From NCBI RefSeq assembly GCF_009914755.1, contig NC_060928.1: a DNA stretch of 64,000 nt; one strand, 5' to 3'. The stretch comes from the human T2T-CHM13v2.0 reference genome, Homo sapiens. Below, piece by piece: positions 1 through 14,932 of the stretch. Positions within the stretch are counted from its first letter, which is position 1; the number at the start of each line of letters is the position of its first letter. Under the pieces are notes generated by a model that had not been told where the DNA came from, did not search any database, and saw only the letters and a program-made list of their open reading frames with translations. The position numbers and the translations under genes were made by a program.

Positions 1-240
<240 letters not shown>

Positions 241-779
241 TACAGGCGATTTTTAATAGTGCTTATCTAGCATCCTTATTTTGAAATTTTTATGCATTTT
301 AAGATGATGAATATCATTTCATTTTATTAGGTGTGGAAAATAAGAAATCTAATACAATGAATATGTAGAAACAAACAAACAAACAATAATATCTTCAGCT
401 ATGTTGCAGCAAAGAGTAAGCCTGCTGTCAAAAAATTGAGTTCAATTTTACACAAATTTGTAAAAGTATGGATTGCAAACTAAGACATTAATTTAAATTC
501 AATGGAAAATTATTTTTTAAGTTAGTTACAGATTCAAAAAAAACCCACCACATCATGAGTAAGTCAATAGAGAAATGGAAAAATTATTTAATAGAGTTGC
601 AATTAAATCAGTTCTTGGATTTGGTAGATACAGATATAAAATATCCACATGTATTTTATTAATAAAGAATAAAAATAACTAGGGGATAAAAGAGCATAAA
701 AAGAAGAAAGCATATTTCAAGAATACCATTAAGTACTTTTAGAAGTGTGAAATACAAAGTATTACTAATGTTAACTTAA

Positions 780-990
780 TAGATGTGTGTCATAGCATGT
801 TAGGGAAAACGGAAGAATTGCTGAGCTGGAATGCATAAGTGATGAAGTTTTCTAGAATTTAACTCAGAAAGGTAAGAAGATGGAAAATGAGAAACAGAAG
901 TTAAGAGAGATGGAGAATAGATTAAGAAGTACAATATTCAGCTTCTGATTTCCAAAACCACAAAAGAAAACTATTGAGCTAGATAAATTT
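780..990 (+). mobile_element. Ancient L1 (L1M/L1ME-type) ORF1 coiled-coil fragment
   Basis: A/G-rich 'gaagatggaaaatgagaaacagaagttaagagagatggagaatagattaagaag' resembles old L1 ORF1. Confidence 0.45.
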
Positions 991-3900
991 TTTGAGGTGA
1001 CAGCTTATGTAAAAATGTTATCATATCTTAAAACAATATTTAGATACCTCTACTAATACAAATAATCAGTATCAAATGTTATTTATGTTGTTTCTCTACT
1101 AATCTCTCTGTGTGTTTGTGTATTTCTCTGACTCTAATTTTATCTACAAAAAGATTGACATGAACTGTTTAATATTGCAAAACGTGCATCTGTGGTGAAT
1201 ACAACACTAATTCCTACATAATATGGAACCAAGTATGCCCCCAAAACAGGGAGACAATGGCATGCTTAGCACTTGGAAAATGATATTAATGGAATAACCT
1301 ATACAAATCATGTTATTTGATGCATTCATTAAATTGTGTTTTCCCTTAACTAATTGTTTCAACCATTCAGGTCCTCCCTGTCCTCAGAAGTACTGTCTGT
1401 GTTTTATGTAAGGGTAGTACATGACATTCAGAGCTAGTAATTTTTTTTTCCTTCAAAGACTTAATAGACATGATGAAGTGATTTCCTGGGACCTGAGCCG
1501 GGTTAGTCACAGGAGTGGCTGTTCAGTTATGGGTCTTAATTTACCATCACTGAGGACTGTGTCCCGAGAGAAAAAGGCATTGAGTCTTAAACAACCTATT
1601 GCTTTAATAATTGTGATAATGAAGGATTCTCCCAGTGTAGTGCCTTGGGCAGAAGCCTTTCTTAACTGATCTAAGAGTGGTCAGAGTGCAACCGGGATAA
1701 ATAATGTAGTACCAAAATGAAGATCAAGTTTGTTTCTCATACAGAGGGAGTATGTGCTTTATCTCTAGAACAAACGTTCTACTTTGTAAACTGTGTAGTT
1801 TATTCACAGGTGTTCATTTTAACATTATGCTTCATCACTTTCAAAGATTATTATTTGTATAAACATCCCATTCCCAATTTCCACAATTCTCTCATGATCT
1901 GTCTTTGTAATTGCTGTTTAAAAATCATGTTATGTTATTGATACATAGTTCGTATCTGACATTTTTCTGAATATTAAATATTAAAATTACATAATAAAAT
2001 TACATATAATCATAAAATCACATTAACATCAAATACCTTCAATACATGAATCCCTCCTTAATCATTATTGAGCAAATTGTCACTTAGATTATTCATGTTT
2101 TAATCTATTAATGGAATGTCATTATCACAAGAAGCTGTTTCAGAGTTGGATGGCATTAGTTGTTAGTTCTGTGGTATGTGTACCAAAACCTCCTTGTCTG
2201 TCATATTAAAAAGTTCCTTTTTGTGCTTTATGAAGTCATGTAATCAAGTATATTTCACATTTTTAAATATAAAGAAACTATTATAAATACTTCATCATAT
2301 TATCTTATATAAAGGATGTAAATGTAATGTTGACAATTTAATTTCTCCCTCATTATTGAAAGTTTTCTGATTGGTCTTTATTTCTAAAATTTGCTAATCA
2401 AGACTCAATATTCCAAAAGTGAAGTAAATCATACCATAAAAATACTGTTTCTTATTTTGTAACCATTAAGAAGTCAACAACTTTTGATGCCAGTTCATCT
2501 TCAACTTTTGATTCATTCCTCTTCAACTAGGTAAATAAATAGACGGATAACACAGCAAATTGAAAAAAAGCAAGTTATCAACTATATTATATTGGAAACT
2601 GAGTAAATCATGAGTATGGAGTTTTTGGCACATTAAATTTCATACTGAGGGTTGTGTTTAAGATTGTTTTATTATTAAAATGATCTTTAATATTAATATT
2701 ATAATTTAATATTATGTTCTTTCTTGCCTAATTCATGCATTTTTGGCAAATATGCATTTCGGTCCTGTCAGTGTATAATTTTAAAAATATTTTGATTATT
2801 TCATAACAAAGAAAAGATTTCATTATACTAAACTGGAGTTTGCTAGTGAAGTTGAAGTTTTTTATTTAGTATAAATTTTTCTTATTTCATCAACCACTGA
2901 TGAAAATCAAGCGGAGAGACAAATTTTGACATTGGTATTTTGGACCAAAAAATATCAAATGAAATTTAGAATATGAGAAAAATAAGTTCCTACATGTCTA
3001 TTTAAATTCAAAAGGTAACTTCTGTTTTTATGACTAGCTTTTCTGAGACTTGGCATTATATTCATTTTGCAGTATGCTTGGCTAGCTTAAGAAGTTAAAA
3101 TTGTATTTTTAGTCCATGCTTTTTCTTTTTTTTCCACTATAAACATTTTCTTATATTGTTTTTATATGTGATTATATTTGAATGTTGAAAATAAGGACTA
3201 ATGTGGAATTCTATTATGTCATGTACAATTGTATAAGAAATACGTTTTATGAATTATATGTTGCATAGAAATCAGTTTCTCTCTGGTATTGCTTCACCTT
3301 TAACAAAACAAATATGTAAATACTCAATAAACTTCTCCAAATTAATATTGATGGTGTGTTTTTGGCTTTTACTTTTGTCTTTATTTTTGTTTGTTTGCAT
3401 TTATTTTCTTTTGCCATGAAGAAATTTCCTCCAGTCTAGACTAAGGGAATGGCTGTCACATGTTTTCACAGGATTAAAACTTAAATTTGGGGGATAAAAT
3501 GTCTTTCTAATAAAATTTACTTTTTAAATAATTAAAGCAAATCATCTATATTAAATTTATTGGCTTGATTCTAGGTACTTTTCAAAAAGATTTTATAATA
3601 AAATTCACTTTTGTGTAGAATACTGGCATTCGGAAGAATAATCTTCAGATACTGATTTGTCAGTAGTAACCTGCAGGATAATCCTTTGTGAACATTACCT
3701 TTGCTCCGTTTCTCCATATACTCATGTGTAAAATATATTCTTTTTTTTTTTTTTTTGGGGGGGGGGCCAATATTCAACATTTTTATTTTTTTTTTATTTT
3801 TATTTTTTTATTATACTTTAAGTTCTAGGGTACATGTGCACATTGTGCAGGTTAGTTACATATGTATACATGTGCCATGCTGGTGCGCTGCACCCACTAA

Positions 3901-4014
3901 CGTGTCATCTAGCATTAGGTATATCTCCCAATGCTATCCCTCCCCCCTCCCCTGACCCCACCACAGTCCCCAGAGTGTGATATTCCCCTTCCTGTGTCCA
4001 TGTGATCTCATTGT

Positions 4015-5402
<1,388 letters not shown>

Positions 5403-7284
5403 TAAAATATATTCTTAACTCAATGTTCTTTACAGTAAATTCAGACCCTAAATCTCTTTGACTTTAATTAAATATCTCAATTGTCTGTATACTTATAAGT
5501 TAAAATACATTTTCTTTTACTGTCTACAAATTTAAATTTTCAATATAAATAAGACTGTCAACATTTGAGTTTATTAGGCTTTTAAAGTACATATCAAAAA
5601 AACCCCACAACTTCCATAAATATAATGGTAAATTAATAAAATACAAATTTACAAAGGTTTGCAGTGTTATCATAGGTTAGGCTACAATTTTGGATTCATA
5701 GGCAGATTATTTCAAGAATGTGTTCATTTATATGAAGAGTAAAATCATCATAAAGTGCATCTGTTAAAAAGATGAAAGTTTTTCAATGTAATAACTGAAT
5801 ATTGTCTAATCTCTATAAAATAGATTTATAGATAAATCATTGTTTGCAAATTTGAAAAATATTTTCAAAACGTATTTTGAGAGCTTTGTACTCTGTATTA
5901 ACATATCTTATTATACCTAAATTAAATGTGTCTTACAAAATACACTTAATTATTGTGGTTTTCCTTATGTACATCCAAAGCATTATAGTTAGCTTCGTAT
6001 GTGAACACTTTCTGTTCCAGATATTGTCTCTTGTCTCTGTTATTCAATCCACTAGATTTGGCAACATGCATTTCCCTGGAAAATAAAAGAAAGCTGAATG
6101 ATCGCCTTGCAACAGCGTTGTTACTTCACAGCTGAGTAACCTCAGACTGTTTTTTGTGTTTCAGGGCGGGTATGAAGAGAGCTTAACTTGGCCACATCTC
6201 TGAGTTAAGATTTTTATGTTTTTCTAGGGCTAAGTTTCTCTTAGCAGAGCTGTTAGCTGTCATGGAGTAACTGCATTCCTATTATGCTGTCCTTTGAAGC
6301 ATGACATCGTGACTGAAAATGAAAAGCATATACGGCATTGCAGACACCTGAGATGAATTTTGATGCATTTTTTGAAGCATGTTGTAATCTCTGGGGACAG
6401 ACAACTACGCCCTGTGAATTACCAGAGGGCCAGTTGCTGCTTTAAAGGGAAAGGAGAATAATTTACTGAAAGGCAAATGCTAAAAATATGTCATATAGTT
6501 GCTTAACATTAATGAATTAAGTCTTAATGGAAGTAGCCTAATCACAATATTAGGCATATTCTTTAACAGTACCAAAAGTAAATTTTAGCAACCCTCCAAT
6601 TTCTTTAGTCTAGAGAATTACCTTATATGTAATCATTCTATTACTAAGCATATATGTACTATATCTTGTAGTTTTTAAGGTTGCTTATCTCATGAGATTT
6701 TTGTTTGTTTCAAACAACCATGTGTTTTGTTAAACTATACAGGTGAGAATTCTGAAGCTCACTAAAGTCATACAGCTAAATGGTAAATTCAGGATATGAT
6801 TTTCTAGGTAGACAATAATAATTTATATCTTGGTTTTTAATAGTTACATTTAAACATTCTGTTTAGCTCTTATATTCCGGAAAATATACAAATAGCTTTA
6901 ATGGTTTGTTATTAAGTGTTCCCTTGGCATTTTTTAAGTTTTTCTTTGTTATTTTAAGAAAATATCTTTTTATTTAGCGTTTCGAGACGTGTTAACAAAA
7001 TGTGAATATTTAATTATAGAATATGTACTTTAAGTATGACAGAAGATTATCGTGAAAATTTTATTTCTGATATATTAACCTAATATACTAAGATGCTCTA
7101 TGATTATAAAATATCCTGAAATTCCTGGCATACACCTTACCCTACAGTACATACTATAAAATCTTATAATAAATTATGCGGTTTAAATATTTTCCTAGAT
7201 CTTTTGTTAGACTGTAGGGGGAAAGAAAATTAATGAATGCAAAGTAGAGACCACTCATTCAAACTTTACTCATAAGAAAAATTT

Positions 7285-7720
7285 CTGATTTACTTGCTTG
7301 CTTTGAGCGTTTCCTATTTACCAGACAATGTGCTGTGTGTTGGGAGTAAAATACTGAGGAAAAAGACAGAAACTGAACATTTACTTGCAATTTAATACAG
7401 GAGGCAGGCATTTTAGTACAGGAGACAGGCATTAAACAAATAATTGCGTAAGTGAATAATTTCAACTTTGAAAAATGCTGAAATGTACATGCTGATATGA
7501 ATACTTATAGTGGCAGATATTATTTAATTTAGAGGTTAAGGAAGAATTTCCTGAGGAAGTAGCAACCTGGCTGAGTTCTGAAGAATAAATAGCAATTTAA
7601 TAGGAGGTGGGGCTTGAGGAAACATTTTGATACAGCATATACAAGGTTCAAAAGAAGTGCAGTATGTTTAATCATTTTTAAAAGCATAGTCAACATACAC
7701 TAGAATTAGAGAGAATGCAT
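7285..7720 (-). mobile_element. L2 3' fragment
   Basis: 'ttgagcgtttcctatttaccagacaatgtgctg...ggaagaatttcctgaggaagtagcaacctggctgagttctgaaga' resembles the antisense L2 3' end. Confidence 0.6.
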
Positions 7721-7976
7721 GTTTGACAGCAGGTTGTCATACTTTATAATTAATTAAAATCAAGTATACCTTATTTAAATCTACATTTTACATAAGAGCA
7801 ACCAAGACCCTATGCATTTAGGTAAATTAACACAAGTAAATACATAATATACAGCGAAAAAGTGTCTTAGACCCCAATTAGACTGACTTCAAAGTTTCTA
7901 TCCAGAAGTACAACAAAATACACCAAATAATACACAAAGCACATACATCCAATTTCTAAGATTTTTTAAAGATACG

Positions 7977-8283
7977 TTTTCTTTTCTTTTTTTTTTTTTT
8001 TGAGATGGAGTTTCACTCTTGTTGCTCAGGATGGAGCGCAATGGTGCAATCTAGGCTCACTGCAATCTCCACCTCTAGGGTTCAAGAGATTGTCCCGCCT
8101 CAGCCTCCCAAGCAGCTGGGAGTACAGGCACCCACCACCATGCCGGTTAATTTTTGTATTTTTAGTAGAGACAGGATTTCACCATATTGACCAGGATGGT
8201 CTCAAACTCCTGACCTCAGGTGATCCACCTGCCTCGGCCTCCCAAAGTGCTGGGATTCCACACATGAACAACTGTGCCCAGCC
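7977..8283 (-). mobile_element. AluS (Sq/Sp-like)
   Basis: Poly-T followed by gagatggagtttcactcttgttgc...; full dimer ending cccagcc. Confidence 0.95.
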
Positions 8284-8345
8284 AATTTTCAGAAATTTTA
8301 ATACAATTAATTTTCCACGTGTTTATTCTCCTCATATGGTAATAT

Positions 8346-9094
8346 TGCGTCCGAAATTTATTCCTTCCCGTGGGTTCTTGGTCTTGCTGACTTCAAGAAT
8401 GAAGCCGTGGACCCTCAAGGTGAGTGTTATAGCTCTTAAAGATGGTGTGTCCGGAGTTTGTTCCTTCATATGTGTCCAGAGTTTCTTCCTTCTGGTGGGC
8501 TTATGGTCTCACTGACTTCAGGATCGAAGCCGCAGACCTTCGGAATCAGTGTTACCGCTCTTAAAGGTGTCATGTCCAGAGTTGTTTGTTCCTCCCAGTA
8601 GGTTCATGGTCTCGCTGACTTAAAGAATGAAACTGCAAACCCTTGCGGTGAGTGTTACAGCTCATAAACGTAGTGCAAACCCAAAGAGTGAGCAGCAGCA
8701 AAATTTATTGTGAAGAGTGAAAGAACATAGCTTCCACAGCAAAGAAGGGGACCCAAGCAGGTTGCCTTGCTGGCTCAGGTGGCCAGCTTTTATTCCCTTA
8801 TCTGGCCCCCCCCACCCACATCCTGCTGATTGGTCCATTTTACAGAGCGCTGATTGGTCCATTTTACAGAGTGCTGATTGGTCCGTTTTTACAGAGTGCT
8901 GATTGGTGCATTTACAAACCTTTAGCTAGATGCAGAGTGCTGATTAGTGTGTGTTTACAGAGTGCTAATTGGTGCATTTACAATCCTTTAGCTAGACACA
9001 GAACGCTGATTGGTGCATTTACAATCCCTTAGCTAGACACAAAAGTTCTCCAAGTCCCCACCTGACCCAGAAGCCCAGCTGGCTTCACCTCTCA
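8346..9094 (-). mobile_element. Solo LTR12 (ERV9/HERV-9 LTR)
   Basis: Minus strand begins TGAGAGGTGAAGCCAGCTGGGCTTCTGGGTCAGG; tandem gctgattggt U3 repeats at 8825-9015; U5 repeats (ctgacttcaagaatgaagccg-type, 3 copies); imperfect 4-bp flanks atat/ataa. Confidence 0.95.
8785..9020 (-). promoter_or_regulatory. LTR12 U3 promoter/enhancer: CCAAT (NF-Y) array, GATA site, AATAAAA TATA-like box, pointing leftwards
   Basis: Five ctgattggt copies plus two variants; 'ttttattcccttatct' near 8788-8803. Function inferred from known LTR12 architecture. Confidence 0.55.
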
Positions 9095-11410
9095 ATAAGT
9101 TCTCACATGTAAGCCAATGACAGAAATTTATTGGCAATACAAAATGAGACTTGAATTCTTTGTAGTATCCACCAATATCCACTCTGAATAAATTGTTTTC
9201 ACTTAAAATAGACTCCAGATAAACATCTGTTGATTTAAAGTAAAACATAAAATTTTAATCTCCAAAGATAACCATTACAAATATTCCATATGTCACTTTC
9301 TGAAGATAATTGTAATTGCATAATTAACAAAACATCTATGGGGACTAATCATTATGCTGAATAATTTGAGGCTGATAGAATTTCTTCGCCAGTGACAGTG
9401 GTGAAAGTATAGCTGACTGCATTTCAGAGGTACTATACTCCTCTGAAGTACTCCTTATTACAGAAAATCGAGATCACTGTTCAGATTATTTCAAAAACAG
9501 GAATTTTAGGGGAAATTACCATGTGGTCCATTCCAAGATAAAATAATATGCCGATAATATAAATAGCAAATGCCAACTCTCATAAGATGTACCAAAATCC
9601 TAATTGACACTGAGTAATATAATTTTAGCACATAAATGACATATTATATGTAACATTTTGTATATATTATATACACTTAATATTATAATTGTCATTCGGT
9701 ACTAACATTAAAATCGAGCCTTTTTATTTCCTTCAAGAAGAAGGAAAAGAAAAAGTGGACCGGAGTCTGAAAGTTGAATTGTCTGATCAAGATTTAAGTA
9801 CTGCTGTTAAATTACATTGTCAGCCTTGTAATAAATTCTGATTAAGAATTTACACCTTTGTGAACAGATTAGCAGACCTAATTGATTTTGATCTGTTAAC
9901 CTCAATTTGCAGTTTTAAAAAGGTGTAACCTCACCCAGATTTATGGTTTGAAGCTCTTGTGTTTGAATTAATAAATTTTATATCTGATCTCATGTTAAGA
10001 AGAATTTTAGTGAAGTATATATAGTTCTCTGAGTTGAAGCTATTTGCTTTAATTCTTGTGTGTTGCATATATTTTCACACATGTACCCATTTATTAATCT
10101 CCTAACATTGTAAGCAATACTTTTACATCTTATTTATTATCTGTCAACCATCAGTTTCTACTTCCAAGTAATTATGAGGATAACTTATCCTGTGTCTTTA
10201 TATTCTCACCATCCTCCTAGACTTTGCCTGCAGTGATAGACATATGGTCAGGATGTTCTAATTCAGTTGTTAACATACTATGTTGCACATAACAGTTTAT
10301 CATAGAAGCTGTTACAGACTCTGGGAAAAGCCAACCACAATAATTAGAAATTATCACTTCTAATTATATTTTAAGTTTTTAAAAACCATAGTTTATAGAA
10401 ATTATTACTTGAAGATGAGCTCCTTTTCCAAATAAATGTGGAACCTGATTGTGGACTGTATTCTGGTTCTTATTTCATCTACTTTATTAAATCTTAGCAT
10501 CAAATAATTGAAAAATATTTCGGCCACTTAATAAGCAATATGACCCAACATCAGACAGTATGTAAGCAGGCTCAGATTATTTTTATATCATGCAAAAACT
10601 TGTTGTGTTTAAATAGACACTAAGAAAACTTATCAGGATAGCTGGTTAGCCTCAAGTATAACTCCAGCAATGTTTATAAAGGAGAGATTTCCTATTTTAA
10701 TTAGTATCATGGAGTTATTTTTCACCAGTCATTTCCTTTATAATCACCAATAACTTCACCTCCTTCAACATATTAATTTCAAGAAATCCAAATTCTAACC
10801 AATACTGCCTAATCTTTCAGCTGTCCTTCTACTATTACCCCTACTCCAAAAAGCATATTTAATTGCATCAAGATTTCTAATGTTGACTATCTGTCATTCC
10901 TTGTTTATCATTTCTTGTATGTGTTTATTTTCATCTTTAGCCACTCTGATTACATGATTCATTGTATTAACATACTTTTGTGTATTCCCTCAAATCTTTG
11001 TCTTCCTTTCTCTCCCTCATGTTTGAGACAATGAGGTGATTGAGACATTTGCTTTGGAGACAAAATTTGAGGAAGCCCCCAATAACTCATAATCAAGATA
11101 AATATTTTCCATGCAATATTCAAAAAACTGCATGAATACATTTTCATGCAATATTTAAAAAAATTGCACCAAAATTAATTTTAAAAATCCACCTTAAGTA
11201 AAGCATCATTTGATAAATCCATAAATACAGTCAGGATTATTATTTTTCCTTTTGTCTCAGGCACCAATGTGGCTCAGCTAAGCACTACTACTGATCTGCC
11301 TACCCAAGTCATAAATCTCCCATTATCTAAGAATTTGACTTAATTCTGTCCCAACTTCCTAAAGAGTCTTTGTCCTTTTTATATGGAAAATTCTATTCAA
11401 AATGTCATGA

Positions 11411-11723
11411 AACCAGATGTGGTGGCTCACGCCTGTAATCCTAGCACTTTGGGAGGCTGAGGCGGGTGGATCACTTGAGGTCAGGAGTTTGAGACCAGCC
11501 TGGCCTACATGGTGAAACCCCATCTCTACTAAATATACAAAAATTAGCTGGGCATGGTGGCACGTGCATGTAATCTCAGCTAATCAGGAGGCTGAGGCAG
11601 GAGAATTGCTTGAACCCAGGAGGTGGAGGTTGCAGCGAGCCAACATAGTGCCATAGCGCCATTGCACTCCAGCCTGGGGAACAAGAGCGAAACTCTGTCT
11701 CCAAACAACAAGAACAACAACAA
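11411..11723 (+). mobile_element. AluS (Sq-like)
   Basis: Full dimer; aacaagagcgaaactc; small internal duplication catagtgc/catagcgc; CAA-type tail; degenerate TSD aaaatgtcatga/aaaatgccatta. Confidence 0.95.
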
Positions 11724-11962
11724 AATGCCATTAAACTTGTAAAAGAAAATTTTATCATTTGTATATTAAAAGTCCGTTATTTATTTGAAGTCTATTATTT
11801 AAAGTGTGTTTAATATGTGTATGAGACACATATTTAATATGAGACACATAATATGTCTCATTATGTGTTACATAATGAGAAACAGCTAGGTGTTGGTTGA
11901 TCTAGAAGTGAATTAGCTAAATAAACACAGTGCCTGCTTTAGAAAAGTCCACCTAAATGGCC

Positions 11963-12451
11963 ATACATATCTCAGAGACATATATTGCAGTGTTTTAGAG
12001 ATAAATCAGTCTAAATAATGTATTGATCAATGGAAAAACTGCAGCTCAGAGAGTTTGAATGGCTTCTAATTGTGTACAATGTAGCATAATTTTAACCATA
12101 TTTTAAATTATCAGTTATTACTCTGCAATTCTGCAATGTTTTAAAGAAAAAAATAGGACCAGAATAATAAAGTTTTTTTTTAATTTCTTGAGCTTTTTTC
12201 TTTATTTCTTTATATCAATACGTATCTTGGAGATATATGTTATAGTGTTTTAGAGATAAAACTGTAAATAATTTATTGATTAATAGAAAAACTGCAGCTC
12301 AGAGAGTTTGAATAGCTTCTAATTTTGTACAATGTAGCATAATTTTAACCATATTTTAAATTATCAGTTATTACTCTGCAGTTCTGCAATGTTTTCAAGA
12401 AAAAAAAAGGACTGGAATAATAAGGCTTTTTTTTCTTTATTTCTTGAGCTT
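11963..12451. repeat. Tandem duplication, two copies, period about 253-255 bp
   Basis: 11963-12195 aligns to 12218-12451, including an identical 55-mer at 12073-12127 and 12326-12380. Confidence 0.95.
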
Positions 12452-14304
12452 GAAAGGTTTTTTTTTGTTTAAAAATGTTGCAGAGACAGAAGGAAAGCCC
12501 CTAAAAACATGAACAAGTAATTTTCAAAGACAGACATTACTCATATTAACCTTATGCTAGTTAGAAATGAGAATTTCCAGAGCAAAAATACTAATTGGGA
12601 GGAATCTGCCTTCATGTTTTAATCTTTAGTATTCATTTTGTAAAACTGAGATGATAGAAGTTCACAATGTCAAAGAAGCATTTTACAGACATCAGTTTTC
12701 TAATAAATGAGTAGGAAATGTTTCAGTTAATCTGATTCTCAAGCTATTTTGAAATCATCAGTAAATCTTAGAAAGCCTTTAAAAGAGGATTTAGTTTCAA
12801 CAACCCCTCAGGTTAAAATGGTTAACAGCTGAATTAACTGCTGTACCTTCGGTGACCTGAAAGTGGAAAGGAAAGAACACAAATGAATAATTTGTAGAAA
12901 TGTACTTTATTCCCATTAAACACAGAAGGGAAAAATGAAGAGAAAGTTGGTTACTGATCAGTAGAATTTTTGAATTGAAAATGGTGTTAAGTAAAATTAG
13001 GACACTTTCCATGTGTCAAACACTTTGCTAAGTAATTCACATTCATTATTTAATTGTAACTCTAACAGCGTGTAATACATAGAGTCCTAATATCTTCATT
13101 TGGCTGATGATTCCAGTCTTTCTTTTTCAAGCAAGGCAGCTAAAATTCATCAAGAATATTTCACTTTCTCAACATATCTTATCAGGTTAATACATTAGAA
13201 CCTCTGACTATCTTGATCTCTTATTTCTAATTCAATATTTCATTGCCTTAATTAAACTATATATGTGTGTGGAGATAAACAAATAGATGAGAGATAGACA
13301 GGAAAAAAATACTAAGAAATTGTAGGAAAAAGGTTTATAACTAAGGAATCACTTTGTTTGATTTGACTTCTCTATTTCATAAATATTTTAACATATTTCA
13401 GTGAAACATTACAATAAATACAGCTTTGTTTCAAAAGATAGGAGAGTGTCTTTTAAATATTATCCTCTATAATAAAGGAATTTCTGCAAGGGCAAAGGGT
13501 TAAAAACTGGTACTGGGTAATATTTATATCTGTTTGTAAATTTTGCCTTAACATTCTTTCTACATGAATAAAGATGAAAGTAAAACAAGATAATTTAATT
13601 TTTAGTTTCTGACCTCAGTAGTAATTTATGTTCAGTTCAGAAAATACATTTAAAAATATATAAAGAGGATAAAAAAGTATCCACAATTGATTCATTTGGT
13701 AATCGTTGCTGGCTCTTTTATTTTTTCTGTAATATTCAAGTGTATGTATATGAAGGTGTATGTTTAAGCACGAGTGTTTTTAAGTCAATGTGAATGTGTA
13801 TGTGTGTAAATATGTAGTGCAGATTTTATAACCCCAGTTTCACATACCAATATAAAATAAAAATCTTCTGTGTCAATAAATTTTGTATAAAGACGTAGTT
13901 AATAATGACCTTGTCTAATAAAATAAAATTTGAATAGGACTTCGCTGACACTGAGAAATTTCTTTATTGGTATCTTCCTAAGTATAAAAGAACAAATGGA
14001 TATAATTAATAGTGGCCATTATCTATTTTTATTAATATTTTAAGTAACAAGATGTTTTCCTGGTTTCTTTTGTTTGGGCACTTGTGGTATAAAAAAGTAG
14101 CCCTTTATAAAATTGAATCTAAAATAAGCCTGGAAAATGCATGACATTTATTTTCTGTCTTATACATTGTTACATTTTTTCAAACTATTCACAGTCAACA
14201 TGTAGTATATTTGTAATTTTAAAAACTAACACAATATTTAGTAAGATTACACTATTTAGCAAAATTAAAGTAGTTTTGGTTTTTTAAATGGTAGGTTTTT
14301 TTTA

Positions 14305-14655
<351 letters not shown>

Positions 14656-14932
14656 TTATAAAATGTGGTTTCATCAAAAAGGGCTTAAAACCTGGCTTTT
14701 GAAGAAAAAAAAGAAAGAAAGAAAGAAGGAAAGCAAAATTTAAAGTAATTTCCCAGCTTCAGTTTGAGTGTGACATCAGTTACTACCGGCCAATATATTG
14801 TGTAGAAACATTGAGGACATCTTGAAGAGGAGATATGCTCAAAATAAAATTTATGTCAAGACCTGCTAGAAAGTCCATTACAGGGTCAAAAAGAAGCAAG
14901 ACATCTCTATTTTGAAGGTGCTATGCACTAAA

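Noticed and set aside
2471-2536. Possible plus-strand exon (ag/aagtca...ctag/gtaaat)
   Set aside because: Weak acceptor, stop codon in the most plausible frame and no recognisable peptide.
8390-9020. Regularly spaced repeats resembling a CRISPR array or novel repeat system
   Set aside because: These are the standard U3 and U5 tandem repeats of LTR12; the DNA is eukaryotic, with no unique spacers or cas genes.
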